Positions 55,582 through 64,000 of a DNA stretch of 64,000 bases are shown here, piece by piece. The notes beneath the pieces were generated by a model that was not told where the DNA came from, made no database searches, and worked only from the letters and a program-made list of their open reading frames with translations. The position numbers were made by a program, and so were the translations under genes. Location: the NCBI GenBank assembly GCA_965215855.1, contig CBDCER010000001.1:17531-81530 (forward strand), given 5' to 3'. Each line of letters opens with the position of its first letter. The stretch's first letter is position 1. The DNA comes from Aggregatilineales bacterium. Its GTDB lineage: Bacteria; Chloroflexota; Anaerolineae; Aggregatilineales; J027.

Positions 55582-55703
55582 CGGGCTGTGTTTCCTGGTT
55601 TGGCGTTGGCGAGTGAATATCTGTGAGTGACGGGGAGGGGTTGAGTTGCTCCCCGCCATTCATTACAACATGATACAGTCGCTTTGTTAGCTCGATTGTT
55701 TTG

Positions 55704-56945
55704 CTACGCCTCGTCTTCGGCTGGCCCCAAGAAGGGGATTTCGCCCTTCGACCATGCCACCAATAACGGCACGGCGATGAAGATTGATGAATAGGTACCA
55801 CTGGTTAGGCCGACCAGCAAAATGACTACAAATTGCCGAATGGTCTCGCCACCAAACAGCACAATGGCGATCATGACGAAGATGGCGTTTAGCTGAGTCG
55901 CCAGTGAACGGTGAACAGTTTCCAATACACTGCGATTGACAATCAGTTCGTAATTTTCGCCGCGACGACGTGGAATATTCTCACGGATGCGGTCAAAGAC
56001 GACGATTGAGTCTTGCACTGAGAACCCGACAACCGTCAGCAGCGCCGTCAAAAAGAGCGCATCCACCTGCCAATCCAGGATCATCCCCATAATGGACATA
56101 ACGCTGACCATTACCATAATGTCATGGACCATGGCGATGATGGCGCACGCGCCATAGCGAAAGGCATGAGGGACTTTGCGAAAAGCGAAGCGAATGAAGA
56201 TCAAGATGACGCCAGCGGCAGCCAGAGTTGCCAGAAATGCCGCACGTGTGACTTCACTGCCAACGGATTCAGAGACCTGGGAAACATTGGTTGAAGCGCG
56301 ATCTAGTTGGGCAATCTCAGTCTCCAGACGGTTTTCAATCTCGGTCACTTCCTCTGTTGTCAATTCGTTGGTGCGAACTGACCAACGGCTGCCGTCGGGA
56401 TATTCAATAGCTTCAGATTGCAGAGATGCCATGTCGAACTCAAGGTCGCCCAGAGTTTCCACTGTGTTTTCGTTGGTCAATGCGGCGGTAATGTTCTCGG
56501 CGCTAACGGCGTCCTCAAATTGAAGAATGAGGATGCCCCCCCCTTCAACCTGGCGATCAATGCCGTTGGACGATGCGACGTCATTAAGTGGGCCGACCTC
56601 GTCTTCCAATAAGGATAGTAGATTCTCGAATTCGATCTCTGACAACTGAGTCGCAGAATGGAGTGACCAACGGCTGTCTTCAGGGAAATCGGTTTGCTCG
56701 ACAGCACTGAGTTTCTGGACGATAATGTCATCCAGGTCGAAGTCTTTGAGGACATCGCGGATGGCTTGTTCGTCAACAGCTTCGCGGAATTGCAGCGATA
56801 GCAGTGTGCCACCTGTGAAGTCGATGCTTAATTGTAGTGGCGAGCCAGTAGAGAGGGTCGAAAAGATCAGGGTCGCTATGCCCGCCAGAATAATGAGGCC
56901 GGAGAAGATGAAATAGTACCGGCGGCGTTCTACCAGATTAAACAT
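55704..56945 (-). CDS. secF: protein translocase subunit SecF (with enlarged periplasmic insert)
   Basis: IDFTGGT, DSIVVFDRIREN, C-terminal TM bundle. Confidence 0.9.
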   Translation of the reverse strand: MFNLVERRRYYFIFSGLIILAGIATLIFSTLSTGSPLQLSIDFTGGTLLSLQFREAVDEQAIRDVLKDFDLDDIIVQKLSAVEQTDFPEDSRWSLHSATQLSEIEFENLLSLLEDEVGPLNDVASSNGIDRQVEGGGILILQFEDAVSAENITAALTNENTVETLGDLEFDMASLQSEAIEYPDGSRWSVRTNELTTEEVTEIENRLETEIAQLDRASTNVSQVSESVGSEVTRAAFLATLAAAGVILIFIRFAFRKVPHAFRYGACAIIAMVHDIMVMVSVMSIMGMILDWQVDALFLTALLTVVGFSVQDSIVVFDRIRENIPRRRGENYELIVNRSVLETVHRSLATQLNAIFVMIAIVLFGGETIRQFVVILLVGLTSGTYSSIFIAVPLLVAWSKGEIPFLGPAEDEA

Positions 56946-56963
56946 GGGATTGTGTCTCCTCTC

Positions 56964-58484
56964 CTATGCGCCCATCAAGCGGGTATTTTTGCGAAGGATG
57001 TCGCCAAACAGATCCAAAATGAGTGACAGCCAGGTGCGGGTGACGATGATGGCTGTGAACAGGTTGATGGACAACCCCAGGAACAGGGTGATGGCGAAAC
57101 CCTGCACGGCGCTGGCTCCGAAAGTGCGTCCGAAGAAGAACAGAATGACGCAGATAATCATGGTTGACAGGTTGGAGTCACGGATGGAGATCCAAGCACG
57201 TTCAAAACCTAGTTCAACTGAACGATCCAGCTTCTTGCCACTGCGGAGTTCTTCTTTCATGCGTTCAAAAATGAGGATGTTGCCATCGACGGCTGTGCCG
57301 ATGGAGATTAGAAAGCCAGTGATGGCGGGTAGGGTGAGCGTGACCGGGATGGCCTTGTAAAGCGCGAAGTTGATGGCGGAAAAAACCAGCAAGGCTAACG
57401 CGGCGGCGATACCTGGCACGCGATAGTAGATCATCATGAAGAGCAATACCACGATGACACCAATGACACCAGCCCGAATGGAGCGATTGATCGAGATTTC
57501 GCCCAGGGTGGGGCCAATCTGATCGAAGGCTTCAACTTCCAGTGGAACAGGCAACGAACCGTAGCGCAATTGCACGGCCAGCGAACGGGCTTCGTCACGG
57601 GTGAATGTGCCGCTGATGGACCCTGTGCCCGTGATAGACCCCTGGATCACTGGAGCCGACAGCACGACGCCGTCCAGCACAATCGCCATCGGTTGCCCGA
57701 CGTTAGCGGCAGTGTGGGCGCCGAAGATGTCGTCACCTTCGTCGGTGAGGGTGAAATTTACCTGCCAGCGGTTTGAGTTGGGGTCAATAACCGCAACGGC
57801 ATCATCCAAGCCACTACCGGTCATGACAGTGTGGAAAGCCGGGCCATCGGATGTGCCATCTCGCCCGACGGGCTGCCCATTGGCACATTCCGAGATGTTG
57901 CTGTCGTCCTGAGCTATGGCGGGCATGGCTTGGGGTGGGATTGTTTTGCCGAAGATGCGTTGCGTGGCGGCAGGGGCTTCATCAACGGGAGTTTCGGCAG
58001 GTTGCTCATCGGTGGTTTCGCCCTGACTGGCACGTTCGCGCGATTCCGCGATTTCCTGTTGTCTGTCGGTGATAACGCAATCGCCCTCGTTGATGACGGT
58101 GGGCAAGTTGGCGAAATCTACGAATTCGAGCAGGCCGGTTTCCTGTACAGTCTGGAGGGCTAGCTCGCGGTCACTGACGCCGGGTAGCTCGACGATGATG
58201 CGGCTGCCACTCAACTGCACGTTGGCTTCCGTCAGACCCAGGCCATTGACACGGCGCTCAATGATGTCGCGAGCCACGTCCATTTCGGCTTCATCGACGT
58301 CGGCGTCATCAAGAGCCGCTCGCAACAGAACGCGCGAGCCACCTTTGAGATCAAGACCCTGGATGACTTTGAAGTCTCTGTCAATTCCGGCGGCATGAAT
58401 GCCGGGGTTATTGGGTAAATCTATCCATACAGAAACAATGGTGATGACAAGAATCACCACCAACCAGAAACGGTATTGGGACAT
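56964..58484 (-). CDS. secD: protein translocase subunit SecD
   Basis: GLDLKGG, LTLPAITGFLISIGTAVDGNILIFERMKEE. Confidence 0.92.
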   Translation of the reverse strand: MSQYRFWLVVILVITIVSVWIDLPNNPGIHAAGIDRDFKVIQGLDLKGGSRVLLRAALDDADVDEAEMDVARDIIERRVNGLGLTEANVQLSGSRIIVELPGVSDRELALQTVQETGLLEFVDFANLPTVINEGDCVITDRQQEIAESRERASQGETTDEQPAETPVDEAPAATQRIFGKTIPPQAMPAIAQDDSNISECANGQPVGRDGTSDGPAFHTVMTGSGLDDAVAVIDPNSNRWQVNFTLTDEGDDIFGAHTAANVGQPMAIVLDGVVLSAPVIQGSITGTGSISGTFTRDEARSLAVQLRYGSLPVPLEVEAFDQIGPTLGEISINRSIRAGVIGVIVVLLFMMIYYRVPGIAAALALLVFSAINFALYKAIPVTLTLPAITGFLISIGTAVDGNILIFERMKEELRSGKKLDRSVELGFERAWISIRDSNLSTMIICVILFFFGRTFGASAVQGFAITLFLGLSINLFTAIIVTRTWLSLILDLFGDILRKNTRLMGA

Positions 58485-58587
58485 AAATTATTATCCTCGA
58501 TCCGGGTTGTAAATTCTTGGTACAGCGGTGAAAAATGTTACCATCAGTGAAATCTTTTGCCAATGGGAGATAATCATTGGGAACGAT

Positions 58588-59160
58588 TCATTCCACCACC
58601 ACAGATTGCATTTGCGCCGCCAGACTATCAATGTCGGTGCTGTTTTGTGTCATGATTTCGGCCAGCACGGCTATATCTGCTTTATCCTTCGCTCTGGGGA
58701 TCCATGCAGGATTCATATATTCGGGATGCGTTTTTAGGGCATATTGGAACTCTGGGCGGACAGAGTGTAGTTGTATCCCCATGAAATCTATGATTTCGTT
58801 GTTTAACCATTTGTGCGTAAATGAGATATAGCCTTTTGGTCCGTTGTGATGCCATATTGCGACATCACCTTCGATATCCAGGCAGCCGAGATGTATCTTA
58901 ATGTCATCATCGGTGGCCTTCAGATCGCCATTTTCCAGGATACGGGTATGCCAGTCGTTATTCTTCAGTAGTAGTTCTATTGAGGGAAGGAAATTGTACA
59001 AATCGACAATCAGATGTTCAGTGTCTTCATGTTCTCGTAGAAGTTTTCCAGAATATATATCAGCGACGAAGCCACCCCATACATAGGCCACGGTTCCTAC
59101 GCTTTGCGCGATAACTTCAACAAGCGCCAGAGCGTTGAGGTTACGCTGATTCTTGCTCAT
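58588..59160 (-). CDS. nucleotidyltransferase-fold protein, ANT(2'')/Lnu-like
   Basis: VWGGFVADIYSGKLLREHEDTEHLI resembles the WIGGGWAIDA..R.H.DIDL core of aminoglycoside 2''-nucleotidyltransferases (recognised from memory). Confidence 0.45.
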   Translation of the reverse strand: MSKNQRNLNALALVEVIAQSVGTVAYVWGGFVADIYSGKLLREHEDTEHLIVDLYNFLPSIELLLKNNDWHTRILENGDLKATDDDIKIHLGCLDIEGDVAIWHHNGPKGYISFTHKWLNNEIIDFMGIQLHSVRPEFQYALKTHPEYMNPAWIPRAKDKADIAVLAEIMTQNSTDIDSLAAQMQSVVVE

Positions 59161-59488
59161 CTGTCACCGTACTCGTTGGCTCTGGGATACCCTGGGCGAT
59201 GCGAATGTTGCGAGCCAGTTCATCGGGATCGTAGGGGCGTTGGAGGGCGGCGGCCAGGATGCGGACCTCGAGGTTGTCGGCCAGACGCAGGCGAGCGACA
59301 CCGACTTCGACATCGAGTTCTGTGATGGTTCCGATTAAGCCACCATAGGTAATCACTTCATCACCGACATCAAGCGTTTGGAGATATTGGATGTGTTTTT
59401 TGTAGTCCCGTTGTTTCGGGAAGGTGAAAAGTGCCCAATAGGCGGTGATGATGATCAGGATGATGGCGAGGCCGAAGATATAATCCAT
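59141..59488 (-). CDS. yajC: preprotein translocase subunit YajC
   Basis: Single TM segment, then L..GDEV.T.GG..G.I. Confidence 0.85.
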   Translation of the reverse strand: MDYIFGLAIILIIITAYWALFTFPKQRDYKKHIQYLQTLDVGDEVITYGGLIGTITELDVEVGVARLRLADNLEVRILAAALQRPYDPDELARNIRIAQGIPEPTSTVTDEQESA

Positions 59489-59676
59489 TCAGGTATTGCT
59501 CCTTATGAAAGCCGGTTCCAATATTTTCAATATAGCAAATCGTGGACCGGATTGTAGTATCTTGATGAGTATAGCGCGGGCTATCGAAAAGTATATGTTC
59601 GATTCGGGTGATTTTGTGATAACATCCAATCCGGTTCTAACAGAACGAGATTATAGATGGAAAGATATAGACACTT

Positions 59677-60411
59677 ATGCGAGTGATAACTCATGAAGCG
59701 GTAATTCAACGCAATCGGCGGATTGCCCAATATAGCTTTATTTTCAGTCTGGTGGCGTTGTTGGCGGCGTTCTTGTTTGGCAATAGCTTGGCGGCCAGCA
59801 ATGAGTCGGTGGCATTTTACTTTAACTGTGGTGTGCTGCCCACCTTATTTTTGATTATCCTGTTTTCGGTGCGAATGGCGAATAGCTGGATACGGGAGCC
59901 TGTGCCCTGGGAAGCATTGCAAGAGGGCTTGCGGGGTCTCAGTTCTAAGGCGACACTGTATCATTTTGTGTTGCCAGGCCGCCATGTGTTGCTGAGTCCG
60001 ATGGGCGTATATGTGTTGTATCCGCTGTTTCATGATCGGTTGATTGTGGTGAAGGATGATCGATGGTCGATGCCGGGAGGCATTTTATCGCGGATTCTGA
60101 CGTTTATGCGGCAAGAAGGACTTCGTAATCCAACAGCAGAAGCGCAGGCGGAAGCACAGGCGTTGCAAAAGTATTTTGACAATAAATTTCCGGAGTTTGC
60201 GATGGAAGTACATCCGATCATCGTGTTTACCAGTCCGGGGGCGCAGGCATCGCTGGAAGGCGACCAGAGTGTGCCGGTGACGTTTGCATTGGGGGAACAT
60301 GATCCATCTTTGAAAGGATATCTGAAATCGCTGAAGGATCGTGAACGGCCTACATTGAGCGAGGAGCAGGTGGAACGGCTGGATAGTGAACTGATCTATC
60401 TTACTGATTGA
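59677..60411 (+). CDS. hypothetical membrane protein (possibly NERD-like)
   Basis: Two N-terminal TM segments. The LYHFVLPGRHVLLSPMGVYVL segment is reminiscent of NERD domains, but this is weak. Confidence 0.4.
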   Translation: MRVITHEAVIQRNRRIAQYSFIFSLVALLAAFLFGNSLAASNESVAFYFNCGVLPTLFLIILFSVRMANSWIREPVPWEALQEGLRGLSSKATLYHFVLPGRHVLLSPMGVYVLYPLFHDRLIVVKDDRWSMPGGILSRILTFMRQEGLRNPTAEAQAEAQALQKYFDNKFPEFAMEVHPIIVFTSPGAQASLEGDQSVPVTFALGEHDPSLKGYLKSLKDRERPTLSEEQVERLDSELIYLTD

Positions 60412-62222
60412 TCCGCATGAACAGACAAACCTTGGCATGGATGGGGGTGGCCCTGCTGTTGTTGGGCGTGTTTGCATTGCGGGTTTACCGGTTGAATGCG
60501 GTTGATCTGCGGGGGGATGAAGCATTTACCGCCGTGCATTGGACGACCACGCCGCTGACGGATGACTGGTTGGAGCTGATTAAGACCGAAGCTCATCCGC
60601 CGGGGGCGTTTTTCGCGTATTGGGGGTGGCGCGAACTCGTTGGTGAGTCAGCGTTTGCATTGCGATCATTGCCAGTCTTCAGCGGGGTTGTTGGGGCGGC
60701 AGCAGCTATGGCGTTGGCCCGGCGTTGGCTCGGTGACTGGCGGTTGGTGGGGATGGCGGCGACGTTGTGGGCATTCAATCCATTCTTGATCTGGCACGCG
60801 CAGGACGCCCGAATGTATAGCACTGTGGCTGCGTTGACGCCATTGACGTTCTACTGGCTGGTTCGGGCGCTGGATCAACCCCAACAATGGCGTGGTTGGC
60901 GACCTTATATTGTGTTACAAACGGCGGGCATATACCTTTATTTCTTCGAGGTATTTTCAGTAGCAACCCAGGTCATCTATTTCTTGACATTTCGACAGCG
61001 CAGGGTGTTGACGGCGGCACTGCGAGCCTGGGTTATGGTCGGGGCGCTATGTCTGCCGGTAGCGGGGCAGATCTATTGGCTGATGTTTGAGGCCGAGTAT
61101 CAGGGAACGGCGGCGCGGGCCGATTTGGGCATATTATTTGAGCGATTTATTCCTACGTTGTTGTTTGGCGAGAATATCGTATTGCTGGGAGTTGGTTTAG
61201 GATTGTTCGCGGCCTTTAGTATAGGACTGATGATGATAAAGCGGCGCGAGGCGTGGTTGTTGACCGCATGGGTTGTTGTACCCCTGATTGCGTTGTACCT
61301 GGCGGCTCATGCAGCAAGCATCTTCCGCCCGCGTTATGTTATTCAGGCGATTCCGGCGTTGATTTTGGGATTACTGATGCTGGGTTACTCAATTGGTAGT
61401 CGTTTGAGTCCGAAGTTGGGTATCTATGTGGCGGCAGGCGTTGTGGCGATTGTGGGGAGTATCTCGGCGGTAGAGGTGGTTGATTACTTCTACAACGATC
61501 CGCCGAAAGCACCTGATTGGGAAGGGTTGACTGGCTATTTGGAAGCTCGGACGACTACCCATGATTTGGTGCTGGCAGGGCAGCCGGATCCTGCGTTGGA
61601 ATACTACTATCGTGGGCCGGGCATGGTGCAATATATTCCAGTGGATAATACGAATCCGACAGGCGCATTTGCCGATATGCTGCCGACTTATGATGGTATT
61701 TTTGTGTTGAGTGGTGAGCGAACTGGCGATGCTACACGCTATTTTGCAGAAAACGCTCAACATATCCCTGGCGACCAATGGCCGGGCGTGGTGCAGTATC
61801 GTCCCTGGACGGTTGATGCCCGCGAGATACAGCAGCCGATGGATGTGCAGTATGCGGATGTCGCCATATTGCGGGGATATACGGTGCAGAGGGATAGCGT
61901 GGTGATGCTGTATTGGGAGCCGCTGCGACGTACTGAAGTTGATCATAGTATTTTGCTGCATCTGGAAGCTGGCGATGGTCGGGTGGTGGCGTTGGATCAT
62001 GGGGTAGCGGGGGCAGTGATTTCTACACGGGAATGGGAACCAGGCGTTTTATACCGTGATCCAGTGGCGTTGCCAGTGGAGTTGGAAACTGGACGCTACC
62101 TGGTTCGCGTCGGTTTATATGAAACAGGTAATCCTGACAACAAAATACCGCTGGCCGGTGTGGATGCCGAGCGGCAGTATCAGGGACGTTATGTGATTGG
62201 GGAGTTAAGCATCAAGCGGTAG
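60408..62222 (+). CDS. GT39/ArnT-like (PMT_2) membrane glycosyltransferase
   Basis: LRVYRLNAVDLRGDEAFT N-terminal motif and about 10 TM segments, followed by a soluble C-terminal domain. Confidence 0.7.
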   Translation: MIRMNRQTLAWMGVALLLLGVFALRVYRLNAVDLRGDEAFTAVHWTTTPLTDDWLELIKTEAHPPGAFFAYWGWRELVGESAFALRSLPVFSGVVGAAAAMALARRWLGDWRLVGMAATLWAFNPFLIWHAQDARMYSTVAALTPLTFYWLVRALDQPQQWRGWRPYIVLQTAGIYLYFFEVFSVATQVIYFLTFRQRRVLTAALRAWVMVGALCLPVAGQIYWLMFEAEYQGTAARADLGILFERFIPTLLFGENIVLLGVGLGLFAAFSIGLMMIKRREAWLLTAWVVVPLIALYLAAHAASIFRPRYVIQAIPALILGLLMLGYSIGSRLSPKLGIYVAAGVVAIVGSISAVEVVDYFYNDPPKAPDWEGLTGYLEARTTTHDLVLAGQPDPALEYYYRGPGMVQYIPVDNTNPTGAFADMLPTYDGIFVLSGERTGDATRYFAENAQHIPGDQWPGVVQYRPWTVDAREIQQPMDVQYADVAILRGYTVQRDSVVMLYWEPLRRTEVDHSILLHLEAGDGRVVALDHGVAGAVISTREWEPGVLYRDPVALPVELETGRYLVRVGLYETGNPDNKIPLAGVDAERQYQGRYVIGELSIKR

Positions 62223-62661
62223 TATCTTCGATCAGCAGGTCTGTGAGACGCTGCAAATCCCCTTCCATTTCTGATGATAAGAAACCATTTAGGACCATGC
62301 CAGAGATGAATGCCAGTACCGGGCTGAAATCAACGGCAACTGTATATTCGACGGCGGTCCCTGACCGGGTATCCTGAGTTTCAGATTGAAGCGCCCAACT
62401 GATTTTGAGTGGAAAGGGTTGCTCGGTCTGAAAATGGAGATTCTGATCTTCAAGGCCCTCGACATGGCCTTCAGTCTCGATGAATTTGCCACCGGGAAGA
62501 TCAATCACGGCACGGACGGCTCCCTGGTCACCAGTGCGCTCCAATACCGTTACCGAGTGCAGTCGTTTGACGACACGGGCCAGCTTGTCGGGGTTGGAGA
62601 GGACACTGTAGATTGTGGTAGGTGAATGGGGGAACCAGCGTGAACGTGTGATGGACTGCAT
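62212..62661 (-). CDS. SRPBCC-superfamily protein
   Basis: Size and beta-rich pattern typical of polyketide-cyclase/CoxG-like proteins. Confidence 0.55.
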   Translation of the reverse strand: MQSITRSRWFPHSPTTIYSVLSNPDKLARVVKRLHSVTVLERTGDQGAVRAVIDLPGGKFIETEGHVEGLEDQNLHFQTEQPFPLKISWALQSETQDTRSGTAVEYTVAVDFSPVLAFISGMVLNGFLSSEMEGDLQRLTDLLIEDTTA

Positions 62662-62792
62662 CGACCAAAACTTCCTTTAATATTGAGATGGTTGGTTGGC
62701 ATCGGGACATGAGTTGAATGTTCTGGGACGGAACTATTTCCGCCCCATTATACTATAGCCCTGTCGAGAATTGCATTAATTTCTCGTTTGAA

Positions 62793-63896
62793 CTACTGAT
62801 TTTGCAGATCGTTCAAGCGAGCTTCCCATTTGTTGTAGAGGCGCTCGTACATCTTTTCACTGAGTTCGCCAGCGGCCAGTCGGGTATCCAGGTTGTCGAG
62901 CAACGCCTGAATTTCCTCTAGGGTAGTGGGGTTGGAAGGCGGTGGGGCCGCAGCCGGTGGTTGCTGTTGTTGGGGCTGATTTTGTTGGGCCATCTGGTTC
63001 TGCATCTGTTGCATTTGCTGCATCATCTGCATCATCATCTGGTTTTGCATTTGTTGTTGCTGGGCTGCCTGGGGATTCATCTGATTGCCCATCTGCTGGC
63101 CCATGCCGAAACCTAGCCCAGCAGAGGCCATGCCACCAGCCATGCCCTCATTTTCAGCAGCAGACCGCATGACATCCAATTGCTCCATGCGGAAGAAATC
63201 TTCTTTGCTACCGACCAGATTGATGGCTTCCTCGCGGGTCAGTTGTTTACGTTGGAAAGGACGCGCTTCGAATGCCTTGATCCGCATTCCCATGGCTTGA
63301 AAACCCTCGTTGAGCAGTGCCAGCGATGCACCTTCTAGTTCGGTGAGCATGGCGTTGGCATCCTGTTCGGTCTGGACGGCCTGTTGACTGAGAATCTGCG
63401 TGATTTCGCCCAGAAGGAGGGTTTGGATACGATCACGAAGGTCACCAATACGCAGGATAGGTCGCCCGACAGCGTATTGTTTGACAAAGCGCACCGGGTC
63501 TTCAATGCCGATGTCTACGACGCCATTGGTCATCAATTGCATGACACCGATGCCCTGTTGAGTGTAGATGGTAATGGGTGGGTTGGTTCCCCAGCGTACC
63601 TGGGGCAGGTCTTTCATGTTGACGAAGAATACTTCGGCGGTGAAGGGATTGCGCCCACCGGTCACCAGCCCAATCAGGCCGGAAAGTAGCGGTAGGTTGG
63701 CGGTGGTCAGTGTGTGTGCGCCGGGGCCGAGGGCGTCCAAAACCTGACCGCGACTGACGAAGACCGCCGCCTGGCTTTCCATCACGATACATTGTGACCC
63801 CATGCGAAAGTCGCCAGCACCGGCTTGTGGTTCGCGGTAGACCAACTCGTCTTCCATGACGTTGGGGTGGTCAACAACGTCAATAATACGTGGCAT
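62793..63896 (-). CDS. SPFH (band-7)-domain protein with Q/M-rich low-complexity linker and C-terminal SHOCT domain
   Basis: N-terminus DVV.......L.Y......GDF..GSQ..V.ESQ.AVF...G (YdjI-like SPFH). QQQQMQNQMMMQMMQQMQQMQNQMAQQNQPQQQQ. SHOCT-like LAAGELSEKMYERLYNKWEARL. AAGGAG RBS. Confidence 0.7.
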   Translation of the reverse strand: MPRIIDVVDHPNVMEDELVYREPQAGAGDFRMGSQCIVMESQAAVFVSRGQVLDALGPGAHTLTTANLPLLSGLIGLVTGGRNPFTAEVFFVNMKDLPQVRWGTNPPITIYTQQGIGVMQLMTNGVVDIGIEDPVRFVKQYAVGRPILRIGDLRDRIQTLLLGEITQILSQQAVQTEQDANAMLTELEGASLALLNEGFQAMGMRIKAFEARPFQRKQLTREEAINLVGSKEDFFRMEQLDVMRSAAENEGMAGGMASAGLGFGMGQQMGNQMNPQAAQQQQMQNQMMMQMMQQMQQMQNQMAQQNQPQQQQPPAAAPPPSNPTTLEEIQALLDNLDTRLAAGELSEKMYERLYNKWEARLNDLQNQ

Positions 63897-63929
63897 GATA
63901 AAGACTCCTTATCAACTTGTAGAATATTC

Positions 63930-64000
63930 TCAGGCGATACCCTTAATCACATCATCACGCAGGTCATAAGCCTGATTCGCTTCGACCATCAGGTTTTCAA
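63930..64000 (-). CDS. 3' end of an unidentified gene (partial)
   Basis: Minus-strand frame reads ..ENLMVEANQAYDLRDDVIKGIA* and is open to the window edge. Confidence 0.3.
   Translation of the reverse strand, partial: ENLMVEANQAYDLRDDVIKGIA

Overview
This 64 kb window looks like a bacterial chromosome at roughly 50-55% GC. Gene content (many Ser/Thr kinases with TPR, STAND NTPases, SH3b-SGNH proteins) suggests a filamentous or multicellular lineage such as Chloroflexota, but that is only an inference. All product calls come from reading motifs by eye; no searches were run. Most of the window is housekeeping: hutH, malQ, lepA, miaA, yraN, ftsY, prfB with its +1 frameshift, mutL, moaC, a moaD-moaE fusion, yajC-secD-secF, two ABC importers and two-component systems. 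The main result is at 3.0-6.2 kb, where there is a diversity-generating retroelement (DGR) template/variable repeat pair. An 84-nt A-rich template (3036-3119, encoding NNNPNNRNDNN) matches the last codons of a 962-aa protein (3267-3350). The two copies are identical at all 65 non-adenine positions and differ at 16 of the 19 template adenines. The target protein is a DUF4062-like N-domain, a P-loop STAND NTPase and a C-terminal FGE/C-type-lectin-fold domain. No reverse transcriptase or Avd gene is visible in the window. Transcribed divergently from the target are two tandem, translationally coupled Ser/Thr kinase-TM-TPR paralogs and a secreted ExeM/NucH-type nuclease. Other accessory features:
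- two dispersed intergenic repeat families;
- an ISAs1-type IS with a 10-bp target duplication just upstream of higBA;
- an Mrr-like nuclease start/stop-coupled to lepA;
- a substrate-binding protein fused to fasciclin, next to a permease with a Cys-pair repeat ectodomain;
- an expanded cluster of secreted SH3b-SGNH paralogs beside an MBOAT/SGNH acyl-transfer pair.
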